Below, piece after piece: positions 29,053 through 39,273 of a DNA stretch of 64,000 nt. Every line of letters starts with the position of its first letter. Position 1 is the first letter of the stretch. Made by a program: the position numbers and the translations under genes. This stretch comes from a virus. Its lineage: Duplodnaviria; Caudoviricetes. The notes under the pieces were generated by a model. The model did not search any database, was not told the origin of the DNA, and worked only from the letters and a program-made list of their open reading frames with translations. The stretch spans positions 288,001 through 352,000 of IMG/VR virus record IMGVR_UViG_3300014204_013734, one strand, 5' to 3'.

Positions 29053-29435
29053 ACTTCGGAAAATTCCAAATCGAACCAGAAAGTATCCTCGGAGAGGACA
29101 ACCTGTTTGCGGTCATCCTAGATGATTATCCTGTCTCCCCAGGCCATTCTCTCGTGGTTGTCAAAAGGGAAGGGGCGGCAGCCCTTTCAAATTTGTCTGA
29201 GGAAGAATTCTCGCGTTTGTGGCATTGGGTTCGGTGGTGCGAGGACCATTTGGAACGAACGTTGCAACCGAAACCAGATGGATTCAACATCGGTTTGAAC
29301 GACGGACCTGCCGCCGGACAGACTGTTCCGCAACTTCACGTCCACGTTATTCCCAGGTACGTTGGTGATGTTGCCGATCCCCGTGGGGGTGTCCGGTTTG
29401 TGATTCCTGACAAAGCAAGGTATTGTAAAAAATGA
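29049..29435 (+). CDS. HIT-family nucleotide hydrolase
   Basis: PVSPGH and AGQTVPQLHVHVIPR motifs. Confidence 0.9.
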   Translation: MNFGKFQIEPESILGEDNLFAVILDDYPVSPGHSLVVVKREGAAALSNLSEEEFSRLWHWVRWCEDHLERTLQPKPDGFNIGLNDGPAAGQTVPQLHVHVIPRYVGDVADPRGGVRFVIPDKARYCKK

Positions 29436-30430
29436 AACTACTTCTGACCGAAGATCAAATTAGGACCCGGCAGGCGTACCCTCTTGACCTGAAAATCCAG
29501 ATCAGCTTGAAGCGGATTGAAGATTGGCGGGAACATCACGGGGGCCTAATTTCCGTGTCGTATTCGGGCGGTAAGGATTCAGCGGTCTTGCTTCATTTGG
29601 TCAGGTCCCTTTATCCCGACACCCCTGCGGTATTTTGTGACACCGGATTGGAATATCCTGAAATCCGGCATTTTGCTATGGACACCCCCGGAGTTGTAGT
29701 CCTCCGTCCAAAAATGAACTTTCATGAAGTAGTAGAGAAGCACGGTTGGCCTATCGTTTCAAAGAGGGTGGTGCAATACATATATGAAGCCGGGACATAT
29801 CAGGAAGGTTCTAAGACCTGGATTCGCCGTATGACTGGAACATCTTCGTCTGGAAAAACAACCGCTTTGGGAAAGATCCCGAATAAGTGGATGTATTTGG
29901 TTCCTCTTGTCCGATCCGGGGTTTTGAAAGTGAACTACCGTTGTTGCCACATTATGAAAAGAGGCCCCATTCAAAAATATGTCAAAGAAACTGGACGGTT
30001 CCCTTATGTCGGAACGACGGCAGCAGAAAGCAAGGACAGGGAATTGTCTTGGAAGATATTCGGATGCAACGCCTATGACAGCAAGAATCCTACATCAAGA
30101 CCCCTGATGGCGTGGACGGAACAGGACATTCTTCAATACATCAAACGGGAAGGATTGAAGATTGCTTCGGTTTACGGGGATATCGTAGAAGATGATGAAG
30201 GAAACCTTTCATTGACTGGTGCAAAACGAACCGGTTGCATGTTCTGCATGTTTGGCGTTCACCTGGAACATAGCCCCAACAGATTTGAACGGATGAAGAA
30301 AACACACCCCAAGCAGTGGGACCACATTACGCGTTACATGGGCGGCGGCAAAGTTCTTGATATTCTCGGGGTTCCTTGGGGCGACCCGGACAAACCAACC
30401 TTGTTTGATATCCTCGGAGTAGAGGACTGA
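29432..30430 (+). CDS. PAPS-reductase-family protein (phage type, Cys cluster)
   Basis: SYSGGKDS, DTGLEYPE, CC and RTGCMFC motifs. Confidence 0.88.
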   Translation: MKLLLTEDQIRTRQAYPLDLKIQISLKRIEDWREHHGGLISVSYSGGKDSAVLLHLVRSLYPDTPAVFCDTGLEYPEIRHFAMDTPGVVVLRPKMNFHEVVEKHGWPIVSKRVVQYIYEAGTYQEGSKTWIRRMTGTSSSGKTTALGKIPNKWMYLVPLVRSGVLKVNYRCCHIMKRGPIQKYVKETGRFPYVGTTAAESKDRELSWKIFGCNAYDSKNPTSRPLMAWTEQDILQYIKREGLKIASVYGDIVEDDEGNLSLTGAKRTGCMFCMFGVHLEHSPNRFERMKKTHPKQWDHITRYMGGGKVLDILGVPWGDPDKPTLFDILGVED

Positions 30431-31038
30431 TGTCGGATTCCAGGTCAAAACATCGGGCGGAACGGATCAAGAAGGAACTTAGGATAGCTCAGGTTCTTTT
30501 TGATTTGGGTTATCCCATCCGTCCCGACGCGGGAGACCGGGAAGAACAATTTCCGTGTGATTTGCATGGTGACGGACGAGACGGCAAGCCTTCCGCCCGT
30601 GTTTATCCGGAATCTGATTCTTGGTACTGTTTCGGTTGCAACCGAACCAGGGATGCTATTGAGACCGTCAAGGAAAAGAAAGGTCTTGGTTTTGTCGCTG
30701 TCCTGGATTGGTTGGAAAAGAAATACAACCTTCCCCCTCTTCCGTGGGAAGACGATGAGGGATACGAACGAAAACAATCGGTCAAAGACGAAGTCTTTGA
30801 CCGATTGAACCAGTCAGGTACGTTTGACAGTGATCGGAAATCACTGGAATCCCTTTTGGACGGTCTGACAAAAGACCGCCTGTTGCCGTTGGAAGTTATC
30901 CTGAACTTCTGGGAAGCTTTTGACAAATTGACGTGGTTCGTGTCCGAAAAGCGTGTTTCGGAAACAGTTGGGAGGGCAACCTTGGTCGGCTTACGAAACC
31001 GAATCCTTGAAGTCCTTAAGGAAAACCGTGGCACTTGA
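30430..31038 (+). CDS. CHC2 primase zinc-finger protein without TOPRIM domain
   Basis: CDLH...PSARV...WYCFGC...DAI. Confidence 0.8.
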   Translation: MSDSRSKHRAERIKKELRIAQVLFDLGYPIRPDAGDREEQFPCDLHGDGRDGKPSARVYPESDSWYCFGCNRTRDAIETVKEKKGLGFVAVLDWLEKKYNLPPLPWEDDEGYERKQSVKDEVFDRLNQSGTFDSDRKSLESLLDGLTKDRLLPLEVILNFWEAFDKLTWFVSEKRVSETVGRATLVGLRNRILEVLKENRGT

Positions 31039-31471
31039 ACGGATACAGCGATTCAACCTTTCAGGGAAGGGTTGGGAAGACGTCCCGGTCTTGCGTCCTA
31101 TACCGAATGGGAATGATCCCTGGGGGGTCCTGGCGCCGCTCAAGGGGACTGATTTTGAAGGACTGCTTCCTGTCGTGTCAGGGGAAGTTTGGTCACATGC
31201 TCTTCACGGACATCTGGCCCCCCTCATGCGACAGATCGGAAGACCCCCGGATGCACTCTTCAGGTTCATTCCTCAATCCTTTCTGAAATGTGCAGAAAGC
31301 AAAACGTGTGGGACCCACGACCTGAAAATCTGCTTGCCTGGACCAAAGACACCCAATTGCTGGATTCCGTTCGGGGTAGATGCAGGAGTAGCTCCCGCCA
31401 TCATTGAAATCGTACTGGCTTGGAGGGACGGCAGACATGTCGTGATCGTTGCCGGTGAAGAATTTCTGTGA
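31028..31471 (+). CDS. Hypothetical Cys-containing protein
   Basis: GTG start overlapping the zinc-finger gene; four clustered Cys. Confidence 0.6.
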   Translation: MALERIQRFNLSGKGWEDVPVLRPIPNGNDPWGVLAPLKGTDFEGLLPVVSGEVWSHALHGHLAPLMRQIGRPPDALFRFIPQSFLKCAESKTCGTHDLKICLPGPKTPNCWIPFGVDAGVAPAIIEIVLAWRDGRHVVIVAGEEFL

Positions 31472-31514
31472 TTTGGGGTAGTATGACTGTGAAGCTTAAA
31501 CGGGAAGGTTCCAT

Positions 31515-34433
31515 ATGACAACAGAAGAAATGGCTTTTGACGAACAACTGGGAAACCGAGCAAAGAAACGTCCATGGATGGACCAAAAGACGTTTATCCT
31601 TGGAACTTCCGACAATATAGAAGAAATTATCGACAAGTGCATCGCGTCAGGCCGTTATGGTATTGACCTGGAAACGAGTGGCCTTGACAACCGCATTTTC
31701 AACAACGGGGGAACGTTCAGAACCGTAGACCAAATTGCAGGGATGTGTTTGTCCCCTGACGGTGTGATAGGAGCATACATTCCGCTTCGTCATGCTAAAA
31801 TGGCCATTGACGGAAGCAGGATTCCGATGGCTTGTAATGTGCCTTCAACTGTGTTCGACAAAGCCTTTCGCAGGCTTATTGAAGCCACGGATGCCGGAAA
31901 GACCGTAGCGGTTTTCCATAATGGGAAGTTTGACCAGGAATTCCTTCAATTCAACGGAGGAGAGCCCTGGGGGGAATGGGACAAGGCGCAGATCTGGGAC
32001 GATACGATGATTCTGGCCCATCTTTCGAATTCTCGTAAACGTCAGATCGGCCTTAAACCTTTGGCGAAGGAATTCCTTGACATTGAAATGATTGAACTGA
32101 AGGAACTCTTTCCCGACGAAAATTCCGTAATGGATTTTTCCAAGTTGGACCCGAGGAAGAAGGAAACCCTGTGGTATGCCTGCGGAGATGCCATCTGCAC
32201 CCGGCTTCTTTATGACATCTTGTCCCCGGAAATCTTGGACCCTGTTGACGGGTCTGACCAGAAGGGCATTTATCGGATCGAAAAAGCGTGCGTTGCAGCG
32301 ACACGATGGATGGAACGTAACCGAATCCACATCAACCGGAAAAAGGTTTCCGAATTGATCCAAGTTGGCCACAAAGAATGGTTTGAATCTGTAATGGCGG
32401 TTTACGCCGAAGCTGAAAAGCTTCTCGGACGGGATGTTATGCCCGGATTTTTTAAGGTGCTCAAGGAAAGTTTTTCTGACGATCCTTCCAATATGATTGC
32501 GGACCAAATCAAGCGGGCTAGAAGCAACGGGGAAAGACTTTATCCGGATCCCATCGGCAGAATCCAGATGAAGGACAAAGACTACCCCCTTGTTTACGAC
32601 ATCAATTCGCCTAAGCAGTTGGGTCCGATGTTTGAAGAAATTGGTGTAGAAGGTCTGAAGGAAACAAAAAAATCCGGACAGATTGCTACCGCCAAAGCTG
32701 ACTTGGAACGAATCATTGAAGAAGCGGGGGATCAATTCCCCTTTATGAAAAAGATCCGTCGATTCAGGGAAGTGTCCAAGGCGTTATCCACATTCCTTTA
32801 TCCGATGATGCTGGATTCCGACCCCCGGGATGATACGATGCGTATCAATTTCCGGGGGCAAAAAGCTGATACGGGCAGATTTTCAACCCCAGCTAGAGAA
32901 AGTGTAGACCTGGACACTTTTGGAAAAAACAGGGAACGGATGGAAGGTTGGCCTTTAGTAAATATACAGGCTGTACCAAGGGCTGGAGGTAAGGACCGAC
33001 CGGAATGTATGACCCGTATTCGTGAGTGCATTTCTGCTAGGGCTAATGATGTATATATCGCAGCAATTGACTTTAGCGGCGTTGAATTACGCCTCATCAC
33101 GAACATCTCCTTGGAACCCAAGTGGATCCATGAATTTTTCCACTGTTCCGGTTGCGGCAGGGTGTTTGACCGCGGAGATGGAAAAACAACTCCAGAAGCC
33201 CCGCCTCCCCGATGCCCGAATTGCGGGTCGGATAAGATTGGTGATATCCACACCCTGACGGGCTTGTCCGTCTACGGGCAAGACGCTACCAGCAGGGATA
33301 ATTGGAAGGAATTACGAGGGTTTGCAAAATCTTTGAATTTTGCTATGTCTTACGGAGGAGGTGGTTCCGCCGCCCAACGGGCGGTTGGTGTTGACAAGCA
33401 CGAAGGTGCCCGTCTCAAGAGGCAATTTGACGGCACCTATTACGGTCTTAAGGCGTGGTGGGAACAGCAGCACGCTTTTGCCCGTCAGCGTGGTTGGGTT
33501 AAGACGGCTTTCGGACGTAAATATCCCGTCCCGGATATCACCAGCACGGATGGTTTTTTCCGTTCCAAAGCGGAACGAAACGCGGTCAACGGACCAATTC
33601 AAGGTTCATCGGCGGACATCACAAAATTATCCATGGCTCTTGTTTACAAGGAATGCAAGGCGCGAGGGTGGCTTGACCGGGTGCGCATGATCATAACCAT
33701 GCACGACGAACTCGTGTTTGAAATCGAGGCAGCACTTCTTGAGGAAGCCATCAAGACCATCGTCCCTCTCATGACCCGTAATTCAATGATCCTGGGTCGA
33801 AACTGGCCAGTTCCCTTGACAGCAGACGTGGAAATAGGTCATGATTGGTCTGTGCCGTGGGATCTTAACGCGATGACCTACAAGGAGGTCCGATTCATTG
33901 GGGACAAGAAATACAAGGACAAAGACAAGTTTCCCGCCGGTTCTGATTGGGATTCCGTCTCTTCTTGGCCGAACCAGTTGAAACCCTGGTTTGCTGCCGC
34001 TAGAGGCGAAGTCCCGACCCCGCTGGCTGTAGCGTCGTCTGAATCATTTTCTCCTGAACCCCTGCCGATTCAGACCGCAGACGACGGTGTAGTTGTTCCG
34101 TCGTCTGCGGTACCCGCCCCATCAGAGGTAGTGACAGCACCGCCGCAACAACAAACTAATCCTGTTCCTGCCAAGACAATGGATGACGGTTTGCCGAATG
34201 TTGCGCCGGGGGAAATCTACGAATTTCGTCTTGGGCGGGAATTAGCCCTGGACGTAGCCTTGCGGTTAGCTGATGTTCTGAATCGGTCCCGAAATGGCGG
34301 GACCAGGATTTTCAAGCTGTTGACGCGGGAAGGCGTACCCTTGAATGACTGGCAGGATATGTATGGGAAAGGTCCCATTCTTGTCAATCACCTCCAATTC
34401 TACTTCTTGGCTCACGAACATGGATTGACTTGA
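31515..34433 (+). CDS. polA: Family A DNA polymerase with 3'-5' exonuclease
   Basis: DLETSG, HNGKFD, TGRFS, DFSGVELR (motif A), RGFAKSLNFAMSYG (B) and MHDEL (C). Confidence 0.93.
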   Translation: MTTEEMAFDEQLGNRAKKRPWMDQKTFILGTSDNIEEIIDKCIASGRYGIDLETSGLDNRIFNNGGTFRTVDQIAGMCLSPDGVIGAYIPLRHAKMAIDGSRIPMACNVPSTVFDKAFRRLIEATDAGKTVAVFHNGKFDQEFLQFNGGEPWGEWDKAQIWDDTMILAHLSNSRKRQIGLKPLAKEFLDIEMIELKELFPDENSVMDFSKLDPRKKETLWYACGDAICTRLLYDILSPEILDPVDGSDQKGIYRIEKACVAATRWMERNRIHINRKKVSELIQVGHKEWFESVMAVYAEAEKLLGRDVMPGFFKVLKESFSDDPSNMIADQIKRARSNGERLYPDPIGRIQMKDKDYPLVYDINSPKQLGPMFEEIGVEGLKETKKSGQIATAKADLERIIEEAGDQFPFMKKIRRFREVSKALSTFLYPMMLDSDPRDDTMRINFRGQKADTGRFSTPARESVDLDTFGKNRERMEGWPLVNIQAVPRAGGKDRPECMTRIRECISARANDVYIAAIDFSGVELRLITNISLEPKWIHEFFHCSGCGRVFDRGDGKTTPEAPPPRCPNCGSDKIGDIHTLTGLSVYGQDATSRDNWKELRGFAKSLNFAMSYGGGGSAAQRAVGVDKHEGARLKRQFDGTYYGLKAWWEQQHAFARQRGWVKTAFGRKYPVPDITSTDGFFRSKAERNAVNGPIQGSSADITKLSMALVYKECKARGWLDRVRMIITMHDELVFEIEAALLEEAIKTIVPLMTRNSMILGRNWPVPLTADVEIGHDWSVPWDLNAMTYKEVRFIGDKKYKDKDKFPAGSDWDSVSSWPNQLKPWFAAARGEVPTPLAVASSESFSPEPLPIQTADDGVVVPSSAVPAPSEVVTAPPQQQTNPVPAKTMDDGLPNVAPGEIYEFRLGRELALDVALRLADVLNRSRNGGTRIFKLLTREGVPLNDWQDMYGKGPILVNHLQFYFLAHEHGLT

Positions 34434-34434
34434 T

Positions 34435-34812
34435 ATGCTGCAACCAATCAGAGTGAACTTCAAAGGATCTGATGTAGACGCTATATGCGTCCATTGGAAA
34501 ACATTCCCTATTCCGTCTGCAATCATGGCCAAGGCAGAAGACATCAGTGTGGATGATCTGTACCGGAAGGGGACCATTACGCCATCAGAATGGCAGAGGG
34601 CACAGTTCTGGGTTCATAACTGCGGAAAGTACCGGATGGACTCCGCTTGCGGGGGTTGTCCTCATATTCGGTTGATTGAAGAACGTAATCACCTGATTGT
34701 TTTGGTTACGCCGGACGGTAAGACGGCTGTTCCTGTCGTAGATTCCACAACAATAGAAGCTCTGACAAGATACAGGCAGACGGCTCCGACATCGTTCAAG
34801 CAAGGAGCGTGA
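34435..34812 (+). CDS. Hypothetical protein
   Basis: ORF directly after polA; CGGC motif. Confidence 0.6.
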   Translation: MLQPIRVNFKGSDVDAICVHWKTFPIPSAIMAKAEDISVDDLYRKGTITPSEWQRAQFWVHNCGKYRMDSACGGCPHIRLIEERNHLIVLVTPDGKTAVPVVDSTTIEALTRYRQTAPTSFKQGA

Positions 34813-34815
34813 ACT

Positions 34816-35028
34816 ATGGAACCAAAAGACATTGTCGTTCTCATCATTTCCCTTTTCACGGCTTTAGGGGTGTTTGGGGTGTTTTGGATGAACCGTTTCT
34901 TCGGAATTCCGGTGACCCGTTGTGACAGTTGCGGGAAATGGGTTCCTTTTTGGAAATTGCATAAGGTGGAATACCCATTAGCTTTTGCTCTGCTGTGCCC
35001 CGAATGCAAAGAGAAGGTAGGGAAATGA
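34816..35028 (+). CDS. Small membrane protein with zinc ribbon
   Basis: N-terminal hydrophobic helix; CDSC...CPEC. Confidence 0.6.
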   Translation: MEPKDIVVLIISLFTALGVFGVFWMNRFFGIPVTRCDSCGKWVPFWKLHKVEYPLAFALLCPECKEKVGK

Positions 35029-35657
35029 ACGATTTCCTTGAAGCTTGTATCAGCGATATCGGGACCAAGAAGGATTATCCCGCTTTTCAGAGCACCTTCT
35101 GCAACCGTTGCCGGAACCGAGAATGTGTCCACGCCAAGTGGGCGGCCGACAAGTTTGCCGTCCGTGTCGCGGTGCAACCGGACCGGATGTTACATCCGCA
35201 ACAGGCGGACCCAACAAACCCAAAATACGCCCAATTGACCGATTTTGTGGATAATTTGCGGGAAGCAATGCGTCTTGAAATTGCTGACCGACGAAGGGAT
35301 TGGGAAGTGCCGGAAATCCCTATCCTTGACGGTCGTGATGATATGGCGAATCCTGAAGTCACCCGTGTTGTTGACAATGCGGTTCGCACCTTGGCACAAG
35401 CCAAGAATCCTGACTGCATCCTTCCCGATCTTGAAAGTAAAGTTCCTGAGAAACCCGTACCGCCAAAAACAAATCAACAAACCCCGGTGCCCAAGGCTCC
35501 AACCAAACCAGGGATGGGCAACACCCCGGTAAAGGACGGTGTAATGGTCGGTGGTGGTCGTAAGGTTCAATCTGAACCAGAAGACCCTTGGGAACCAAAG
35601 AAAAAAATTGATATCGTGGAATCAGGGGCGAAGATCACGCTTGGAGGAAAGAAATGA
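35025..35657 (+). CDS. Hypothetical protein (FCNRCRNREC; Pro-rich tail)
   Basis: ATGA-coupled ORF. Confidence 0.65.
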   Translation: MNDFLEACISDIGTKKDYPAFQSTFCNRCRNRECVHAKWAADKFAVRVAVQPDRMLHPQQADPTNPKYAQLTDFVDNLREAMRLEIADRRRDWEVPEIPILDGRDDMANPEVTRVVDNAVRTLAQAKNPDCILPDLESKVPEKPVPPKTNQQTPVPKAPTKPGMGNTPVKDGVMVGGGRKVQSEPEDPWEPKKKIDIVESGAKITLGGKK

Positions 35658-36757
35658 ACCAGATACCTACTGAATTGTTTCCCCTTTTGTCCTTGATGAC
35701 AAAAATCTTGGTTAAAGAAGCCCCAGGGATGGGGATTATCATGGAAAAGGCTAAGGGGGGGCAACTGTCTGAAGCGGAAGCGTTTCAGGAAATGGTCAAG
35801 TTGGTTGAATCTACTCCGGGATTGAAGAAGCGGTTGGAATCCATGGCGGGTCCTTTGCAGACCAGGATGCAGACGCCACAGCAGAACATGTTGTTCCAAC
35901 CCAAACCAAAGGGCCTTCCCGGGTTGAATCCGCTTTTCGTCGGAGCCCTTGCGGAAAAGTTGCAGTTTGACGGGGACATCCCGGAACTGAGGACAGGGCC
36001 TTTGCCTGAAGGTGTTTCCCCTGCCGTTCCCGTTGATACGGATGCCAGAAATCCGGTTGCTTTGGGAATGATGCTTGGCCAGGCATCTGAAGAAGTCAAG
36101 ACTCTCATTGAACAGCACGAAACGGAACGTCGCACTGCTATTGAAGCGGTAGCGGCCAGTGACGGGACCAATCTGTCTTTGCTTAAAAAGCACGCCGATT
36201 TGGTAGCGGCAGGACCGAATGCGGCAAGGGACGTTGCCTTGTGGGGATCCCAGGAAACGGATATGCCATCTTACAGGCGCGGAATGCCTGTTCCGGCACG
36301 TCAGGTAACGACTCCGCAGGGGAAGGATATTGCTACGGTTGCGAAAGAACGGGCCAAGGAAATGACTTGGAAATTCTTTTCGACGACCGCCGGGCGCCGG
36401 ACAGTTGTCCACACGATTGGGATGTTGGTGTCAAAACGGTTGGCGGAACAAGGTATCCACGCTGCATGGAAAGGTGTAGGCAAGAGCATGGACGGCGAAG
36501 TAGTAGCAGCACACCTGTGGAAGGTAAATCTGTCCGGTCCTGGGAATTCCCAGGAAAACTTCGCAATGGTTGATACGGCCGCCGCCGCCTTGGCGGTCGG
36601 GTTGCTCCGCAAACTTGGGGACCAAAGGCCAGAAGGTTTGCAAATTGAAGTGTCTACCGTGGACGCCGTAGCTGACCGAGAAGTCGGGTGGGAAGCCCGT
36701 CTGGTTGCCCCCAAACCGAAAGCATGTCTTGATTTCAATGCCGGAGCAGGAATCTGA
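35654..36757 (+). CDS. Hypothetical protein
   Basis: 367-aa ORF with GGAGG RBS. Confidence 0.7.
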   Translation: MNQIPTELFPLLSLMTKILVKEAPGMGIIMEKAKGGQLSEAEAFQEMVKLVESTPGLKKRLESMAGPLQTRMQTPQQNMLFQPKPKGLPGLNPLFVGALAEKLQFDGDIPELRTGPLPEGVSPAVPVDTDARNPVALGMMLGQASEEVKTLIEQHETERRTAIEAVAASDGTNLSLLKKHADLVAAGPNAARDVALWGSQETDMPSYRRGMPVPARQVTTPQGKDIATVAKERAKEMTWKFFSTTAGRRTVVHTIGMLVSKRLAEQGIHAAWKGVGKSMDGEVVAAHLWKVNLSGPGNSQENFAMVDTAAAALAVGLLRKLGDQRPEGLQIEVSTVDAVADREVGWEARLVAPKPKACLDFNAGAGI

Positions 36758-36768
36758 AAGACAAACCT

Positions 36769-37011
36769 ATGAAAATATGGACTTTTCGACTATTGTCCGG
36801 CCCTTGTTTCCAGATGTCTTTGCCCGGTAATCCAGCACTAGACTTCAGGGGATCACTGACCGTTTGGAAACTGGTTGGTTCCAAGGAATTGGCGGATTCT
36901 GCTGAAGCCATCATGAGGAATCTTGGAGTTCAGGTTGATGTCTTCACGGAAGAAGAAACGGAAGAACAAATAGCTGAACGGGAACGTCTTTTGTCAGGAG
37001 TTTTGGAATAA
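36769..37011 (+). CDS. Hypothetical protein
   Basis: 80-aa ORF continuing the operon. Confidence 0.5.
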   Translation: MKIWTFRLLSGPCFQMSLPGNPALDFRGSLTVWKLVGSKELADSAEAIMRNLGVQVDVFTEEETEEQIAERERLLSGVLE

Positions 37012-37059
37012 CCTATCTATTTTTTCAGTAGTAGGTAGTCTTAAACAGGAGGGTTACCT

Positions 37060-37899
37060 ATGGACAAGAATCAATTGAAAGAAGAGATTGCAAAGAAGGC
37101 AGCGGCAACCGGCAGGAAAACCTTGACGGCATCGCAGCGTTCCGATTTGGTGACCGCCATCAAGTTAGCCCGAGGGATGGAACTTGTTGCGGAAACTACT
37201 GTGAACCAACTTCCTGGGTTTTCTCCGATGCAGCTTCGGTCGCACCTGGATCACTTATCGGAAATCGCCCATGAAATCAAGATCATGGAAGAACGACTCG
37301 GAGACGAGCTGAAAAAACTGAAGAATCTCGAAAAAGAGGAAAAGGCCGGTTTGGAATTGCTGAAGAAGGCCGGGGAGCAGATGACTGAAAAAGGCCAGTA
37401 CATTGCCGAAACTGACAAGGCAATTCTGAAATTCACTGCCTACGCACAAGGGAAATCGCCGGGCCTTGAACAAATGTTGGCGTCGTCTGCCAAGGCAAAA
37501 CCGGGAGAAAAAGCCGGAGATCTGTTCCTAAGGGTCGCTAACCAGTACGGAGAAGAACTGGCAAAAGGGGTTATGGGAATCATTGAAACATGCAAGGCTG
37601 ATCTGACCCATGCGGCCAACTGTGTCCGTGGGCTTCAGGTTGTCAGTAAGACGGCAAGTTTGGATCCCAGGATTGTGAAGAATGCGGGTCTGGCGGAAAC
37701 TGTAGTTTCCATCAAAGAATGGCTTTCTGGAAAGACGGATTCCCTGGTGACCCGCATCATGGGATTTGCGGGCGGGATTGAAAAATGGTTCAAAGGATTC
37801 GTGGAACGAACCAAACTGGTGAAAAAGTCCAAAGATTCCGTTGAAAACGCCATTAGTAACTTGCAAAAGGCTGCTGAAAAACTTCTTGCGTCCGCCTGA
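37060..37899 (+). CDS. Helical protein with KKAA/KTAS/KNAG sites; possible virion protein
   Basis: AGGAGG RBS; coiled-coil composition. Confidence 0.7.
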   Translation: MDKNQLKEEIAKKAAATGRKTLTASQRSDLVTAIKLARGMELVAETTVNQLPGFSPMQLRSHLDHLSEIAHEIKIMEERLGDELKKLKNLEKEEKAGLELLKKAGEQMTEKGQYIAETDKAILKFTAYAQGKSPGLEQMLASSAKAKPGEKAGDLFLRVANQYGEELAKGVMGIIETCKADLTHAANCVRGLQVVSKTASLDPRIVKNAGLAETVVSIKEWLSGKTDSLVTRIMGFAGGIEKWFKGFVERTKLVKKSKDSVENAISNLQKAAEKLLASA

Positions 37900-37928
37900 A
37901 ATTCTGATTCTTTGTTTGGAGGTTTGTC

Positions 37929-38258
37929 ATGGCTACGGCTACGGAATGGTGGTACGACGACAGTGGAACGAATACCTTGAAGGGTGTTGAAGACGACCCT
38001 GACAACCCCATCATTCTTGACGACACTTACATCGTGCAGTTTATTTGTACGGTTCCCGCTGCTTTGGAGTCTTTTAATCGGATAGTCCCCAACATGTTGC
38101 CGGAAGAACAACTCCGTCTGAATGCCTTAGCCGCCGGGATCCCAAAGTACGAGTATTCCGACCCCCGAACCGACACTGACGAATTCCAAAATCGTTGGAA
38201 TCGGTCCGGAATCCACACTACCGGTCCAAATGGCGGGGGTTGCCCGTTCCCACGGTAA
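37929..38258 (+). CDS. Hypothetical protein
   Basis: GGAGG RBS. Confidence 0.6.
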   Translation: MATATEWWYDDSGTNTLKGVEDDPDNPIILDDTYIVQFICTVPAALESFNRIVPNMLPEEQLRLNALAAGIPKYEYSDPRTDTDEFQNRWNRSGIHTTGPNGGGCPFPR

Positions 38259-38272
38259 TGGAGGTAGAAAAC

Positions 38273-38569
38273 ATGACCCCTAATGAAAGCCCGTTTAAAA
38301 GCCGGAAATTCATAGCTTTTCTGGTTGCCGATATTGGTTGGAAAGCCTTGATGATGACCCTGATGTTGACCGGGAGCAATATGTTCGACCAAGCCGTATT
38401 GATCGCCATGATCCTGACCAACGGGTTTGTAGAAGTTGGGTTCATTCTTGGCCAGACTTTCATCGACCGTTACGTGAAGATCGCACAAATTGCGGTCGGG
38501 GATGGAAGCAAGGTTGAAGTACCAGTTCCGAAAGGTCTGGTTATTACCCCCAAGGAACCCAACGCATGA
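38273..38569 (+). CDS. Holin-like small membrane protein
   Basis: KSRKF followed by two hydrophobic segments; GGAGG RBS. Confidence 0.55.
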   Translation: MTPNESPFKSRKFIAFLVADIGWKALMMTLMLTGSNMFDQAVLIAMILTNGFVEVGFILGQTFIDRYVKIAQIAVGDGSKVEVPVPKGLVITPKEPNA

Positions 38570-38760
38570 AAAAGAAAATGCAAACCCGAGCTAAAAAGAC
38601 ATTCCTGGCGGGCCGGAAGGAATTTGAAAAACCAGTTATTTCCCCGGTCATTTTGGAAGCAGCAAAAGAATGGTGTGAAACGCCCATTGAAGAACGCAAC
38701 GCTTTCGTTCGGGATCTTGCCCGAGAAGTGAATTCCAAACGTTACCCGACCGGCATTTGA
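38566..38760 (+). CDS. Hypothetical protein
   Basis: ATGA-coupled short ORF. Confidence 0.45.
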   Translation: MKKKMQTRAKKTFLAGRKEFEKPVISPVILEAAKEWCETPIEERNAFVRDLAREVNSKRYPTGI

Positions 38761-39257
38761 TTATGCTCCAGATGCAGGTTTGCAAATACATCCCGGACAA
38801 ACTGTATGGATTCCTGATCTTTCCGGAAACGGAACGACAAGTGTTTTTTCATCTTGGTTCGTTTGATCCGGGTATGCTTCAAGTCAGTCCTGATGCTTGC
38901 AAGGCATGCCCGAAGAACGGTTTAGGTTGTTCTTGGCCAAACGTTCCGTTACCCCCAATTCTTGGGGAAACTGTTGACGTAGACATTGATCTGGACGGAA
39001 ACACCCGAGAAGAAAAGCCCCCAAAGGCCAACAAAGTTCTTCGGGTCAATTCCCCTACCGTCCTTTCGGGAAAAGTCACTACGTTTGATGGCCAGTTAGG
39101 GTATGGTTTCTTGGTGGATGAAACGGGCAAGTCACACTACCTCCACCGGAGTGAAGTACTGGAAGGTAGGATGCCGCTGCCTGGACAGTCCGTCATGTTC
39201 TGCGCCGGTTTGAGGCAAGGACGATCCCGGGCGTGTCATGTGAAATTGTGTACGTGA
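38757..39257 (+). CDS. Tandem cold-shock (OB) domain protein
   Basis: YGFL...VFFH and GKVTTFDGQLGYGFL...YLH RNP-like motifs. Confidence 0.75.
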   Translation: MIMLQMQVCKYIPDKLYGFLIFPETERQVFFHLGSFDPGMLQVSPDACKACPKNGLGCSWPNVPLPPILGETVDVDIDLDGNTREEKPPKANKVLRVNSPTVLSGKVTTFDGQLGYGFLVDETGKSHYLHRSEVLEGRMPLPGQSVMFCAGLRQGRSRACHVKLCT

Positions 39258-39273
39258 CAGAAAGAAAAAGAAC

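Noticed and set aside
31845-32735. Long antisense ORFs (also 35567-36412, 23962-24699, 5007-5756)
   Set aside because: They shadow well-supported + strand genes and show no recognisable motifs.
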